Shown: positions 49,625 through 59,845 of the stretch, piece by piece
Layout of the letters: the number at the start of each line of letters is the position of its first letter
Numbering within the stretch: position 1 is the stretch's first letter
NCBI GenBank assembly: GCA_002010065.2
Contig: MTMD02000008.1
Coordinates: 192,001-256,000 of the forward strand
DNA: 64,000 nucleotides
Reading direction: 5' to 3'
Source: Candidatus Pyrohabitans jungbluthii
GTDB lineage: Archaea > Hydrothermarchaeota > Hydrothermarchaeia > Hydrothermarchaeales > BMS3B
Notes under the pieces: model-generated
Seen by the model: the letters and a program-made list of their open reading frames with translations, nothing else
What the model was told of the DNA's origin: nothing
The model's database searches: none
Program-made: the position numbers and the translations under genes

Positions 49625-51602
49625 GCCTCTCCAGCTTTGCCCTTTCCGCGCGGGAGCCGAAGACTATGAGCACGTCGTTAGGCAAGAACCTCTCCCCTGG
49701 CGGGGGGTTGTGGATTATCTTTTCTCCTCGCGCTATTGCAAGAATCGTCGCCCCGGTGCGCTCCCTCACCTTAAGCTCAGAGATACTCTTTCCCACAGCG
49801 AAATCTCCCTCGGCAACGTATATCTCGTCAATAACCTCCCCCTCCCTCATCCCCTGGAGTATCCTGCTCTTTGCACTGCGCTCCTCCCTGAGCACGCCTT
49901 CGCTGCTGAAAACACTTTCCACCATCTTCTCCACACCATGGTAGAAATTTCTGACAGTGCGCCACGAGAGGTAGAGCCCAACGAAGAAAAGGAAAAGCAC
50001 CGCCAGGGAAATCGCAGCGCCGTTGGTTGTGAGGTAACCAAGAAGAGGTGGGAGGAAGTAGAGGGCAGAGAAGAGGAGCACAAGAAGGATAGCGAGGTTC
50101 CTGAAGGTGGCCCTTAGAAGGTCGCTGCTAATTGGTAGATACCTCCTTCCCAGGAGGTTTATCAGGATGTCCACGATATCAATAACCCGCTGAAGCGCCA
50201 GGTAGAGCGGCGGGAGTATTAAAATGAAGGTTGCCATAAAGATGAGCCCTCTGCCAAGATGAAGAAAAGCGCCAGCGTACTCTACAGCCTTTAAGATTAA
50301 GAACACAAGGGTGAGGTTGATGAAAACCCGTAGAGCTTTTTTCTTTATGAGAGTGTACTCCTCGCCTCCCCCTGAAAGCTTATACTTAGCCTGGCTCAGC
50401 CACATCGCAGAGTAGCTGAAGAAGTTCTTTACCGTCGAGGGGGCAAGCCTCTCAAGCAGCGTTGCTATGCTCTTTGAGGACTTCAATGAATAGGGTGCAA
50501 CGAAGGTGGTGATAGCTGCAACAGCTACAACAATTGGATAAAGAAAGCTGCTTGCAACGCCCAAATCTATGCCCTGCTTCACTATTGCAAAGGAAAACTC
50601 GCCTATTGGCACTAAACCTAAGCCAACCGCCAGCGAGGTCTCGCCTCGCACGCCGAGTAGGTAGCACGGCAGGCTTCTGCTTGCCACCTTGGCAAAGAGG
50701 GTCACCGCAGTCACAGCGACAACGACGGGGAAATACTGGAGGAGGTACCTTACGTCGATGAGCATTCCCACACTCACAAAGAAGAGCATAACAAACATGT
50801 CCCTTATGGGCGAGACACTTCTAACAATCCTCTCAGCGAGAAGGCTCTCAGAGACTATCGCCCCCATCACGAAGGCGCCCAGAGCCAGAGAAAAGCCCAG
50901 CATCTGCGCAAATACAGCAAATGAGAAACACAATGCAAGGGCGGTAATGAGGAGTACCTCACCGGTGCCACTCCACCTCTCAACCACTTCCAGCAAGGCG
51001 GGGACAACCTTCACCCCCAGCACGTAGGCGATGAAGAAGAAGAGGAGGATTTTCGTCACAACCTCCAGCGCTACCTGAATAGAGAGGGGGGTGAGAAGGG
51101 AGATGCCTGAAAAGAGGGTTAGAAGCACAACCGCGGCAACGTCCTCCACCACGAGGATACCCAGCATTATGGGCGCATACTCCTTGTGGAGGAGTGCTCT
51201 GTCTGTTAGCAGTTTAACAACAATAGCGGTGCTGCTTACAGCAAGGGCTGCGCCTAAAAACGCCGCGTCTATGGCATTAAATCCCAGTGCAATGCCCAGC
51301 GTCTGTCCAATGCCAAGGAGGAAGAGCACACCAGAGACCGAGGCGATTAGAGATATAGCCCCAACCTTGCGGAGCTTTCTTATGTTGAACTCCAAGCCTA
51401 GGGAGAACATGAGGAGCACTAACCCAAGATCAGCGAAGGCGTTGACAATTTCCAGGTTCTTAACCAGCTTTAAGGCATAGGGCCCAGAAGCAGCGCCCGC
51501 GAGGATATAGCCAAGTACAACTGGCTGGCGAAGCCGCGAGAAGGCTGCGCCTATGGCAAAGGAAAGGAGAAGGACTACAGCCAAGTCACGCAAGATGAGC
51601 AT
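49593..51602 (-). CDS. CPA2 K+/H+ antiporter (Kef/KhtU-like) with C-terminal RCK_C domain
   Basis: LGYILAG, GLEF, SSTAIV, VVED, GEFSF; TrkA-C tail. Confidence 0.92.
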   Translation of the reverse strand: MLILRDLAVVLLLSFAIGAAFSRLRQPVVLGYILAGAASGPYALKLVKNLEIVNAFADLGLVLLMFSLGLEFNIRKLRKVGAISLIASVSGVLFLLGIGQTLGIALGFNAIDAAFLGAALAVSSTAIVVKLLTDRALLHKEYAPIMLGILVVEDVAAVVLLTLFSGISLLTPLSIQVALEVVTKILLFFFIAYVLGVKVVPALLEVVERWSGTGEVLLITALALCFSFAVFAQMLGFSLALGAFVMGAIVSESLLAERIVRSVSPIRDMFVMLFFVSVGMLIDVRYLLQYFPVVVAVTAVTLFAKVASRSLPCYLLGVRGETSLAVGLGLVPIGEFSFAIVKQGIDLGVASSFLYPIVVAVAAITTFVAPYSLKSSKSIATLLERLAPSTVKNFFSYSAMWLSQAKYKLSGGGEEYTLIKKKALRVFINLTLVFLILKAVEYAGAFLHLGRGLIFMATFILILPPLYLALQRVIDIVDILINLLGRRYLPISSDLLRATFRNLAILLVLLFSALYFLPPLLGYLTTNGAAISLAVLFLFFVGLYLSWRTVRNFYHGVEKMVESVFSSEGVLREERSAKSRILQGMREGEVIDEIYVAEGDFAVGKSISELKVRERTGATILAIARGEKIIHNPPPGERFLPNDVLIVFGSRAERAKLERLIRWGSPHRR

Positions 51603-51604
51603 CT

Positions 51605-52072
51605 CTAACCCACAAGCTCCTTGAGCTTCTGAATTTCTTCAAGTTTGCCAGCTGCGATTAGCACATCCCCTACTTTAATTTCTGTGTCAGCGCTTGGGTT
51701 GGGGATGGTCTCCTCGCCTCTCACGATCGCTATTACACTCGCCCCTGTGCGTCGCCTTATATCCAGCTCGCCTATGGTTCTCCCCGCGCCTTTTCCAACA
51801 CGAATCCACTCTATCTTCACCCTACCCGCGAGGGCACTGCTCAGCGCTTCCACTGGCGTGGGTTTGAAGTACGCTCCAGCCAGGATTAGCCCCACCTTCC
51901 TCGCCAGCTCATCGCTAAGGGTTATTATTACAGGCTCCTTGCCAGCCTCCTCGTAGTAGATTTCCCTACGCCCATCCTCATGCACCACTATATCGAGAGT
52001 GCTTTCCTCGCCCAGCTTCAATGTGTACTTCTTTCCCACTCCCGGTAGCTCAGCCTCAAATATCTCCTCCAT
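51605..52072 (-). CDS. KhtT-like regulatory subunit (RCK_C)
   Basis: LPGVGKKY, H.DGRRE, IGELDIR.RTGASVIAI.R. Confidence 0.9.
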   Translation of the reverse strand: MEEIFEAELPGVGKKYTLKLGEESTLDIVVHEDGRREIYYEEAGKEPVIITLSDELARKVGLILAGAYFKPTPVEALSSALAGRVKIEWIRVGKGAGRTIGELDIRRRTGASVIAIVRGEETIPNPSADTEIKVGDVLIAAGKLEEIQKLKELVG

Positions 52073-52091
52073 AATAGCACCTCCCCTATCT

Positions 52092-52595
52092 TTACTCTTC
52101 CACCTCATCCTCCTCCATGCTTTTGCATATCAGAAAACCCCTGGCACGCTCTGCATATTTATACTCATGCACTTTCTTCCAGAACATCTTGGAGTGGTTG
52201 GGGTAGAGCAGGTGTGCCATCTCGTGGATGAGCACATAGTCCAGAACCCATTCGGGCATGTGCTTTAGCCTTTCGCTCAGTCGTATTATCCTCCGCTTGG
52301 GATTGCAGCTCCCGAAGCGGGATGTCATCCTCTTAGAAAATTCTATCCTCTCCACCTTTAGCTTACCACCAAAATAGCGCCGGTTTAGAGCTTCAAACTT
52401 CCTGCGCAGGTACTCGTCGTCCCTCTTTCCCCCAAGCTTTCTCTCCATCCTCTCCACAAAAAACTCAACCCAGCGCTCCTCTTCCCTCTTTGAGGCACTC
52501 GCAGGTATGTAGACGAGAAGCCCCTTACCCTTGAGCTTTGCTTCGACTGTTTTCTTCCTCCTCGGACTTCGTATAACCCTGATTGAGAAGTCCAT
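52092..52595 (-). CDS. YgjP/DUF45-like zinc metallohydrolase
   Basis: RS.RRKK, RFGSC, DYVLIHEMAH..NHS..FW. Confidence 0.88.
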   Translation of the reverse strand: MDFSIRVIRSPRRKKTVEAKLKGKGLLVYIPASASKREEERWVEFFVERMERKLGGKRDDEYLRRKFEALNRRYFGGKLKVERIEFSKRMTSRFGSCNPKRRIIRLSERLKHMPEWVLDYVLIHEMAHLLYPNHSKMFWKKVHEYKYAERARGFLICKSMEEDEVEE

Positions 52596-52672
52596 AAAGG
52601 TATGTGTCTCTGGTGGGAAATAAGGTTTTCGTGTTGCTTACTTATGAAACACCTAAACAAAATGCTCAGTCC

Positions 52673-53503
52673 TCACTTCCTGAACACTATACCCGCGTAT
52701 GCCACGACGCTTCCGTAATCGCCCGTGACATCGCCGCTGTTTCCATACTTCAGAAGCTCGGCTCTGGTTGCGCCTCGCTGCTTAGCCACAGCTATAGTCG
52801 TTGCTATTGCGCCGTAGCCGCACGCCGAGACGTTGTGCTCATACACGCGCTTGAGAAACAGCACATCATCCAGCGCGAGGATCGCCTCTATCGCAAGCAT
52901 GTCCTTCTGTTTCGCCAGGGAAGCGCTCTCGTAGTGGGTGAAGTCGCTGGAGGCAAGGATCAGAATATCCTTATCAACTTTGGCAAGGCAGGAGGCGATT
53001 TCTCTCGCCACCTCCAGATCCTGAAGCGCCAGCGAGATAGCCACAAACTTGAAGTCGCGATAGATGTACTGCAAAAATGGAAGCTGAACCTCAATGCTGT
53101 GCTCATACGCATGCGCCGTCTCGTCGCTGTCGATAACACCGCAGCTCTCCCAGAGGTACTCCGCAAGCTCACAATCGCACTTCACTGCGCCTAGAGGGGT
53201 TTCCCAGTCCTGCCTTGAGACAGCAACCAAGCTGCCCATACCTGTGTGATTTGGGCCGAGAATTACCACGCTCTCGGGCTTCTCCTGCATAGCTAAAGCG
53301 TAGTACACATGCGCCGCCTCGTAGCCGGAGTAGATGTAGCCCGCGTGGGGAACCACGGCGGCGACAATATCGCGAGGCGCCACATCCTCGCGTACAGGAA
53401 GCTTCCCCGGGCCTAGCGTGTGGAGAAAGCAGCGCTCAATCTGCTCAATTAAGGCTTCTCGAGAGGCTGGATAAAACTGCCCGGCCACTGCGGGGCTGCG
53501 CAT
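52673..53503 (-). CDS. MEMO1-family protein
   Basis: PAVAGQFYP, PHAGY.YSG, GPNH, EHSIEVQLPF, SSDFTHY, CGYG. Confidence 0.93.
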   Translation of the reverse strand: MRSPAVAGQFYPASREALIEQIERCFLHTLGPGKLPVREDVAPRDIVAAVVPHAGYIYSGYEAAHVYYALAMQEKPESVVILGPNHTGMGSLVAVSRQDWETPLGAVKCDCELAEYLWESCGVIDSDETAHAYEHSIEVQLPFLQYIYRDFKFVAISLALQDLEVAREIASCLAKVDKDILILASSDFTHYESASLAKQKDMLAIEAILALDDVLFLKRVYEHNVSACGYGAIATTIAVAKQRGATRAELLKYGNSGDVTGDYGSVVAYAGIVFRK

Positions 53504-53539
53504 AAGTAATAGATATGCCCTCCTCCCCTAAATAGTTTG

Positions 53540-54133
53540 TTATACCTCGCCCTCAAACTCCTCTAGGGGCATGAAATCCTCTACATCCATTCCCCGCGCC
53601 CTGAGAATTTCCCTCGCAAGAAGCCAGTAAACCAGGGCAAGTGCCTTCCTGCCCTTGTTGTTGGTTGGTATCACTATGTCCACGCCCGCGGCGCTGTTGT
53701 CGGTGTCGCACAGCGCAACCACGGGAATGCCTATATCTGCAGCCTCGCGGAGCGCCTGCTCATCTCCACGCGGGTCAGTCACAACGAGCACATCGGGCTC
53801 AACGAAGTGCTTAAGGTTCGGGTTGGTGAGCGTGCCCGGGATGAAGCGCCCCGCTATTGCCTTTGCACCAATTAAACGTGCAAGCTGCTCTATTGGCTTC
53901 TGACCATACTGGCGCCTCGAAACAATAAGTATCTTGCTGGGTTCAAACTTGGCAAGGAACTTCGCCACCGTGGCGATGCGCTCGTCGGTTTTCTTAACGT
54001 CCAGTACGTAAAGCCCGTCTGGACGAACGCGGTATATGTAGGGCATCATGTCCGCGTTCTTCTGCTGCGTTCCTATGTGTACTCCTGCCGCGAGGTAGTT
54101 ATCCAAAGAGGTAAGCTTCGTCTCCATACTCAT
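53540..54133 (-). CDS. rps2: 30S ribosomal protein S2
   Basis: [31 protein letters not shown]. Confidence 0.97.
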   Translation of the reverse strand: MSMETKLTSLDNYLAAGVHIGTQQKNADMMPYIYRVRPDGLYVLDVKKTDERIATVAKFLAKFEPSKILIVSRRQYGQKPIEQLARLIGAKAIAGRFIPGTLTNPNLKHFVEPDVLVVTDPRGDEQALREAADIGIPVVALCDTDNSAAGVDIVIPTNNKGRKALALVYWLLAREILRARGMDVEDFMPLEEFEGEV

Positions 54134-54142
54134 CCTCCTCTC

Positions 54143-55393
54143 TCAGAATTTTGGAAGTCTCGCAAGCTTCGCCCTGCTCGGCGTCAGCTCTTCTGCGATG
54201 CGTATAAGCTCGTTGAGCTTTGCTATTCTCTCTCCGCCAATAACACCTGTCTTAATTATTGGGATATGGAAGGCAACCGCAAGGTGGGCTATGCTTTCGT
54301 CTGTGGTCTCGCCAGAGCGGTGAGAGATAACCGGGGTAAGCTTCTCGTTCTTTGCAAGGTTAATCGCCCTGAAGGTATCTGTGAGCGTGCCGCACTGGTT
54401 GGGCTTTATTAGTATCGCATTCGTAGAACCTTTTTCTATGCCCCGTCTGAGTCTATCCTCATTGGTAACGTACAAGTCATCGCCGCAGATAAGCGCCTTA
54501 ACGCGGGAGGTGAGCTGCGCGAAGGTTTCGAAATCCTCCTCCTGCACCGGGTCCTCAACGTAGTAGAGGTTGTAATCCTCTATTAAACCAGCGATGTAGT
54601 CCACCTGCTCCTCACTTGTTCGCTCCTTACCTTCGCGGGGATAAACGTAGCGCTGCTTCTTCTCATTCCAAAGCTGACTCGCGGCTACGTCAAGGCCAAT
54701 GCGGAGCTTAACCCCGGTCTCCTGGGCAACGCGGTCGCACACCTCGCTCAGCACGTTGAGCGCTTCCACATCGCCTATCGCCGGCGCCCACGCACCCTCG
54801 TCACCCTTACCGAGGGTTCCGCTGCTGCGCTTAACCAGCTCACCTTTAAGCTTCTTGTGGACCTCTGCGTTGGTGCATATCGCCTCTGCTATGTCGCGGG
54901 CTCCAATGGGGATGACGAGGAACTCCTGAATATCCGTGGCGTTGTTCGCATGGGCTCCACCTCCAATGACGTTACCCAGAGGATAGGGAAGCTCACAGGA
55001 AAAGTTGCCCCCCAGAAACTGGAAGAGGGGGATGCCATAAGAAGCAGCCGCCGCCTTAGCATTCGCCAGTGAGACTGCCACGGCGGTGTTTCCCCCTATA
55101 TTGGAAAAGTTCTCTGTGCCATCTATCTCGTGCAGCGTCTGATCTATCTCCTCCTGATTAATCGCATCCATGCCGCGAAGCTCAGGCGCAATTGTCTCCT
55201 CAACCTCTATTATCGCCTTCTCAATACCTCCCTCAGGAAAAGCCCTTGCCTCGTACTTGCCTGTGCTCGCCCCACTTGGAGCTGCACACCTCCCTACTGC
55301 GTAGTCGGTTATAACATCAACCTCAATCGTCCAGTTGCCCCGGGAATCTACAATTTTCCTGGCCTTAACATCTTCGATTATCGTGGGAATCAT
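54143..55393 (-). CDS. eno: Enolase
   Basis: DSRGN.T, PSGASTG, GDEG, GDDL, KPNQ, SHRSGET. Confidence 0.97.
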   Translation of the reverse strand: MIPTIIEDVKARKIVDSRGNWTIEVDVITDYAVGRCAAPSGASTGKYEARAFPEGGIEKAIIEVEETIAPELRGMDAINQEEIDQTLHEIDGTENFSNIGGNTAVAVSLANAKAAAASYGIPLFQFLGGNFSCELPYPLGNVIGGGAHANNATDIQEFLVIPIGARDIAEAICTNAEVHKKLKGELVKRSSGTLGKGDEGAWAPAIGDVEALNVLSEVCDRVAQETGVKLRIGLDVAASQLWNEKKQRYVYPREGKERTSEEQVDYIAGLIEDYNLYYVEDPVQEEDFETFAQLTSRVKALICGDDLYVTNEDRLRRGIEKGSTNAILIKPNQCGTLTDTFRAINLAKNEKLTPVISHRSGETTDESIAHLAVAFHIPIIKTGVIGGERIAKLNELIRIAEELTPSRAKLARLPKF

Positions 55394-55593
55394 TCCTCTT
55401 CACCCAGCAGTTTCTTCTCGGGCATTCGCCTGCGCACGCTTATGGGTATCACTCCCTTCTCCAGCTCCTTGATCGCTATTATTATCGGATCCAGCATGTC
55501 CTCGGAGATCCTTATCAGAGGCGGAGCACCCATGGATAACTGCAGCGCTCTCGCGCCTATGATGCGGGCTTTCTCATACTTTGTGAGCTTCAC
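55390..55593 (-). CDS. rpoK: RNA polymerase subunit K (Rpo6)
   Basis: [15 protein letters not shown]. Confidence 0.96.
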   Translation of the reverse strand: MKLTKYEKARIIGARALQLSMGAPPLIRISEDMLDPIIIAIKELEKGVIPISVRRRMPEKKLLGEEE

Positions 55594-55629
55594 GCTTTTT
55601 CCTCCGTAGGCTTTTAGCGGAGAGGGGTA

Positions 55630-55704
55630 TGGGGCCGCTGAGATTTGAACTCAGGTCACCAGCACCCCAAGCTGGGAGGATAGTCCAGGCTACCCTACGG
55701 CCCC
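55630..55704 (-). tRNA. tRNA-Pro(GGG), no intron, CCA not encoded
   Basis: GGGGCCG/CGGCCCC acceptor stem, CCAGC-TTGGGGT-GCTGG anticodon arm, GTTCAAAT T-loop. Confidence 0.93.
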
Positions 55705-55898
55705 TTCTCCTCGAGTTTAATTACATCGTCGATGAAATCGCGGTGGCTGAGAAGCATCCTGCGGCAGCAGTATCGAGTAACCCCAAGGGAGTCGAGGACC
55801 TCCTTGGGGTCCTCGTTCTCCTCTACTCTGCGCTTGAACTCCTCGTACTTGTCGCCGATTACTGCTCCACAACTGAAGCATCTCACAGGTACTAACAC
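55695..55898 (-). CDS. rpoN: RNA polymerase subunit N (Rpo10)
   Basis: [15 protein letters not shown]. Confidence 0.96.
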   Translation of the reverse strand: MLVPVRCFSCGAVIGDKYEEFKRRVEENEDPKEVLDSLGVTRYCCRRMLLSHRDFIDDVIKLEEKGP

Positions 55899-55902
55899 GG
55901 GA

Positions 55903-56301
55903 TCACCTGTAGGACTTCTGGAACCTTGCTCTTGCTCCTCGCCCGCCGTATTTCTTGGGCTCTGCCCTGCGAGCGTCGCCCTTGATAATCGTGCGGTCGT
56001 AGCTCATAAAGGCCTCCTTGAGCTTCATGTCGCCGGTGTACTCCACCAAACCACGACCTATCGCGGTGCGCACGGCTTCGGCTTGACCCATGAAGCCGCC
56101 GCCTCTAACGCTTACATCTATGTCCACAGTGTTTCTAACATCGCCAGCGAGCTCGAGTACCTCTATTATCTTCAGCCTTGCCATCTCCGGCTCAAGAATC
56201 TCCACAGGAATCTTATTTATCCTGACCCTACCCACTCCTGGCCTAATAGTGGCACGCGCTATGGCAGTTTTCCGCTTACCCACGCTGTGAACTATCTTCA
56301 T
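55903..56301 (-). CDS. rps9: 30S ribosomal protein S9
   Basis: [19 protein letters not shown]. Confidence 0.97.
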   Translation of the reverse strand: MKIVHSVGKRKTAIARATIRPGVGRVRINKIPVEILEPEMARLKIIEVLELAGDVRNTVDIDVSVRGGGFMGQAEAVRTAIGRGLVEYTGDMKLKEAFMSYDRTIIKGDARRAEPKKYGGRGARARFQKSYR

Positions 56302-56310
56302 TCAATCACC

Positions 56311-56742
56311 TCAAAATTTTGCACCAAGGTGCCTGCTCAGCTCCTCCAGGGTAACGTACTTGGGAATTCTGAGCTTTGTGTAGCTTGCATCTGGGAAGGT
56401 AATCTTCTCGGCATCCGCGTACTCTTCTGGCACGCCAACATAAACGCGAAGGCGCTTGAAGGCACGCCTGCCGCGCTCCTGCTTATACGGGAGCATTCCA
56501 CGCACCGCCCGCTTTAAAATCCTCTCCGGTCGGCGAGGGTAGTGCGGCCCATGGCGACGCGGATTAACTATGCTCTTCCTTTCCCTTCTCTCCTTATACT
56601 TAGCAAAAACACTCGCCCTGTTACCTGAAATTACCGCTTTCTCGGCATTAACCACCACTACCTCTTCGCCCTCAAGTAGGGCTTTCGCTACGTAGCTTGC
56701 CAGGCGACCCATTATTAAACCAGAAGCATCAACCACCTTCAT
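56311..56742 (-). CDS. rpl13: 50S ribosomal protein L13
   Basis: GRLAS, NAEK, RGMLP. Confidence 0.97.
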   Translation of the reverse strand: MKVVDASGLIMGRLASYVAKALLEGEEVVVVNAEKAVISGNRASVFAKYKERRERKSIVNPRRHGPHYPRRPERILKRAVRGMLPYKQERGRRAFKRLRVYVGVPEEYADAEKITFPDASYTKLRIPKYVTLEELSRHLGAKF

Positions 56743-56746
56743 GTTA

Positions 56747-57109
56747 TCACTCCATAATCTTTACGTTAGAACCTTTGGGCATCTCCTGCATAAGCTCCCG
56801 CAGCGAGAGGCAGCGCCCTCCGGCAGCGGTTATCTTCTGCCTTGCCTTCTCTGAAAAAGCGAAGGCGGCGACGGTTACAGGGTGAGCGATTCTCCCTGCA
56901 CCGAGCACTTTGCCTGGTACAGCGACGATGTCGCCCTTCTGAGTGTACCTCGCAATCCGGCTTACATTGACCTCTGCACGGCGCGAGTTGGAGCGAGCCA
57001 ATCTCTCTGCGAGGTCGCGCCACACAGGTGAGCCTACTTCATGAGTCTTCTTTGCCAGGTCAACAATTATATTCCTGAGCACTGGGTTAGTGGTTCTGCT
57101 CATCTTCAT
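56747..57109 (-). CDS. rpl18e: 50S ribosomal protein L18e
   Basis: TNP, VNVSRI, VPGKVLG, FS..A..KI; AGGAGG SD before ATG 57109. Confidence 0.96.
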   Translation of the reverse strand: MKMSRTTNPVLRNIIVDLAKKTHEVGSPVWRDLAERLARSNSRRAEVNVSRIARYTQKGDIVAVPGKVLGAGRIAHPVTVAAFAFSEKARQKITAAGGRCLSLRELMQEMPKGSNVKIME

Positions 57110-57147
57110 AGATACTGTGCCTCCTTGCTGCACCGTTTGCAAGAATT

Positions 57148-57327
57148 ATTATAGGCCAAACTTCGTCACCCTATCGCCTATCGGCGAGACGGGTAACTTC
57201 GTCACCCTGAGCGCTGCTCAGGGTAACTTCGTCACTCCGGAAGCGGAGCTTCCGGGCAACTGCATACAGTTTGACCATCAGATTGCGGTATTTTCGCTAG
57301 CGCTCAATACCGCTATGTTTCCATAAT
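57148..57327 (-). ncRNA. Candidate structured RNA element: three tandem hairpins with a repeated GTGACGAAGTT linker inside nested closing stems
   Basis: AACTTCGTCAC x3 (57159, 57195, 57225); inter-repeat segments are palindromic; G-U wobbles favour the - strand. Confidence 0.55.
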
Positions 57328-57366
57328 GTTTTTCCTTCTATCCTTGTGGGGGGTTGGGTATACCTA

Positions 57367-57392
57367 AGGGAAGGGGGCTCTCCCCCTTCCCT
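57367..57392 (-). other. 11-bp perfect hairpin AGGGAAGGGGG-CTCT-CCCCCTTCCCT just 3' of tRNA-Leu
   Basis: Read directly; no U-tract follows on the - strand. Confidence 0.7.
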
Positions 57393-57397
57393 GGATA

Positions 57398-57482
57398 TGC
57401 GGGGGAAGGGATTTGAACCCTCGCACCCACTTAGGGACAGGACCCTCAATCCTGCGCCTTTGTCCAACTCGGCCACCCCCGC
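57398..57482 (-). tRNA. tRNA-Leu(GAG), long variable arm, CCA not encoded
   Basis: GCGGGGG/CCCCCGC acceptor stem, CAGGA-TTGAGGG-TCCTG anticodon arm, GTTCAAAT. Confidence 0.94.
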
Positions 57483-57500
57483 ATAGTGACCGCAATATCT

Positions 57501-58274
57501 TTATAACAATGATACCATCTTCTCAGCTTTTTTGGAGATTTCCCTGCAAGCCTCGCGGAATATCTCCACCGCGGGTAGTGAGCCGTTGCTCTCGATGGTG
57601 AATATGAATCGCGTTGGGTCTCCTTTTACGTTTATAGCCTCTTCCTCACATGCCTGAGCGCACGCTCTGCACAGGGTGCATGCTTCGATGTCTTTAACCA
57701 CCACTTTGTTCTCCTCTATTGCCAAGATGTCGCGGGGGCAGGCTGCCACGCACTCGCCACAGGCGGTGCACTTGTCATTGACCTCAATCACGGGGTAGTA
57801 CTTGTAGCCTACTACGGCAGGCTGCCACTTGGCATGCTCCTTGCCTTTGCCCAGCACAGCCTCAGCCTCAAGTCTAAGCCGCTGACCCTTCCCCAGCTTC
57901 ACAATGGGGATGCCCTCTACAGGCGTAAGCTCCGGGTCAGGAGACTTCAAATCGTGAGAGTACACCACCTTAGGTCCCTCTTCCTCAAGGGTGAGCGTGA
58001 GAGTACAGCTCGGGCAACCTGCACCGCCGCAGACACAGGAATCGCGGAAGTTGAATCGCTTCAAATCTGTGCGTATGGGCACTAAACCAAGGCGATGGGC
58101 TAGGATCTCGTCGTAGAGTGAGGATGAGTTCTCATAGATTATAACATCCTCTATCGCCAGCGTGGGCACCTCGCTCAGTATCGCTCTGCGAAGCGCATTG
58201 GCATAACTGGGGTTTGCATTCTCAAGTAGAATCTTCGCCCTGTTGCCCTCGCCCTCAAAAATGCGCACTTCCAA
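57501..58274 (-). CDS. rpoD: RNA polymerase subunit D (Rpo3) with ferredoxin-like domain
   Basis: ANALRR, DEILAHRLGLVP, HAKWQP, two CxxCxxCxxxC motifs. Confidence 0.96.
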   Translation of the reverse strand: MEVRIFEGEGNRAKILLENANPSYANALRRAILSEVPTLAIEDVIIYENSSSLYDEILAHRLGLVPIRTDLKRFNFRDSCVCGGAGCPSCTLTLTLEEEGPKVVYSHDLKSPDPELTPVEGIPIVKLGKGQRLRLEAEAVLGKGKEHAKWQPAVVGYKYYPVIEVNDKCTACGECVAACPRDILAIEENKVVVKDIEACTLCRACAQACEEEAINVKGDPTRFIFTIESNGSLPAVEIFREACREISKKAEKMVSLL

Positions 58275-58276
58275 GG

Positions 58277-58675
58277 CTATACTCTCCTCCCACGCTTACC
58301 GCCTTTCCTCTTGGTCCCGTCGTGAGGTATCGGCGTTACATCCTCAATACGGCCAATCTTGAGACCTGCCCTCGCAAGAGCACGTATCGCAGGCTGGGCC
58401 CCTGGGCCAGGAGTCTTAGGCCCGCTTCCGCCGGGGGCTCTGACCTTGATGTGCACCCCGACGATGCCCTTCTCCATGGCTTCTTCTGCGGCGCGCATCG
58501 CAGCCTGCATCGCCGCATAGGGCGAGGACTCATCACGATGAGCCTTGACTATCCTTCCGCCGGACCACCTGCTTATGGTCTCCGCACCTGTTAAGTCGGT
58601 TATGTGGATTATGGTGTTGTTGAAGGAAGAATAAATATGCGCTATACCCCAGTGCTCCTCCTGCTTCTTTGCCAT
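58277..58675 (-). CDS. rps11: 30S ribosomal protein S11
   Basis: SSFNNT, SPYAA, PGPGAQ, DVTP.PHDG. Confidence 0.97.
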   Translation of the reverse strand: MAKKQEEHWGIAHIYSSFNNTIIHITDLTGAETISRWSGGRIVKAHRDESSPYAAMQAAMRAAEEAMEKGIVGVHIKVRAPGGSGPKTPGPGAQPAIRALARAGLKIGRIEDVTPIPHDGTKRKGGKRGRRV

Positions 58676-58676
58676 T

Positions 58677-59207
58677 TTACGCCGCCTCCTGCTTTGCTTC
58701 TTCCTTTCTCACTATCTGGATGTTTCGTATGGGAGAGTTTTCAGCATAGGCAATGGCGTCCTCCTCATCGGCGCGTACCAAGTAACTCGGCGCGGTTACC
58801 TTCCTTCCGGCGACGGTTATATGACCATGCACAATGAACTGCCTCGCCTGCTTTATGGTCGAGGCGAGACCCTTTTTGTACACAAGCGTCTGGAGCCTCC
58901 TGTCCAGAATATCACGAACGGTGAGAGCAAGCACGTCGTCAAGGCTGGCGTCCTCTTTGAGAAGATTGAGCCTTCGTAGGCGAGCCATGAGCAGCTCTTC
59001 CTGACGCCTTGCTTGCTCTCCGCGCTTGCCGAGAAGCTCTCTCGCCTGACCACGAATGCCGCGGAGTATGGCGAGAGCCTTCCAGATCTCCCGTTTGTTC
59101 TTTAGTCCATACTCGGCAAGCAGCTTCTTCTCTTCCTGAATGCGGTCCGCTTGCCATGGATGTGTTGGGGTGCTGTACTTCTTCCGTATTCTACGAGGAT
59201 CGCCCAT
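58677..59207 (-). CDS. rps4: 30S ribosomal protein S4
   Basis: [27 protein letters not shown]. Confidence 0.97.
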   Translation of the reverse strand: MGDPRRIRKKYSTPTHPWQADRIQEEKKLLAEYGLKNKREIWKALAILRGIRGQARELLGKRGEQARRQEELLMARLRRLNLLKEDASLDDVLALTVRDILDRRLQTLVYKKGLASTIKQARQFIVHGHITVAGRKVTAPSYLVRADEEDAIAYAENSPIRNIQIVRKEEAKQEAA

Positions 59208-59216
59208 GAAATCACC

Positions 59217-59687
59217 CTACTTTTTCTTCTTGGAAACACCCACGGTTATGCCACGCCTGAAGCTGGTACGGGTGCGCTGGCCACGCACAGGCAAGCCCAG
59301 CTCGTGTCTTATTCCGCGGTAGCTTCTTATCTTCCTCAAGCGGTTGAGGTCTTCTCTCAGCGCTATCGCTAAGTCTGAGCCAATGACATGTAGGTCTTTA
59401 CCAGTCTCATAATCTTTGCGGCGGTTGAACAGCCAGCTTGGCACCTTCTGGTTTTGAAAATCCGTAACCAGCTTGTCCAGCTTCTCCACCTCTTCGTCGG
59501 TGAGATAACCTATCCTCTTTTCGGGGTCAACCTTTGCGAGGTTGCATATCACCTCGCCTGTTCTCACCCCTATCCCTTTTATAAGCGCAAGGCCTACGGG
59601 CACCTTCTTGTTGCCATCTATGTCAGTACCACCTATCCTTACGAGGTACTTGAACTCCTCTTTCGCTTCCTCGCTGCCTTTAGCCAC
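59217..59687 (-). CDS. rps13: 30S ribosomal protein S13 (GTG start after GGAGG)
   Basis: IKGIG, YRGIRH..GLPVRGQRT. Confidence 0.96.
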   Translation of the reverse strand: MAKGSEEAKEEFKYLVRIGGTDIDGNKKVPVGLALIKGIGVRTGEVICNLAKVDPEKRIGYLTDEEVEKLDKLVTDFQNQKVPSWLFNRRKDYETGKDLHVIGSDLAIALREDLNRLRKIRSYRGIRHELGLPVRGQRTRTSFRRGITVGVSKKKK

Positions 59688-59845
59688 TACTATTCCTCCG
59701 TTGGTATGAGGTAATATCACCTATATATAATACTTTTGGACTTTCAAAATCAAGCTCCTCTCAATTGGAAAAGTACCATGGTAAAGATTTATGCAAAGCT
59801 TGCACAAGGGAAGCTTTTTATCTCAGCCCCGCGGAAGTCTTTAAT

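Noticed and set aside
55629-55895. 88-aa + strand ORF (and 57413-57601)
   Set aside because: Translations of the tRNA-Pro/rpoN and tRNA-Leu antisense strands
57159-57261. Mini CRISPR array (11-15-nt repeat x3)
   Set aside because: Repeat too short, spacers of 19-25 nt are themselves palindromic, and no leader or cas genes; better explained as tandem hairpins
57090-57326. 78-aa + strand ORF with NFVT repeats
   Set aside because: By-product of the DNA repeats, antisense to the operon and overlapping rpl18e
57501-58274. Two Fe-S motifs in RpoD as a novelty
   Set aside because: A ferredoxin-like domain in Rpo3 is already known in many archaea
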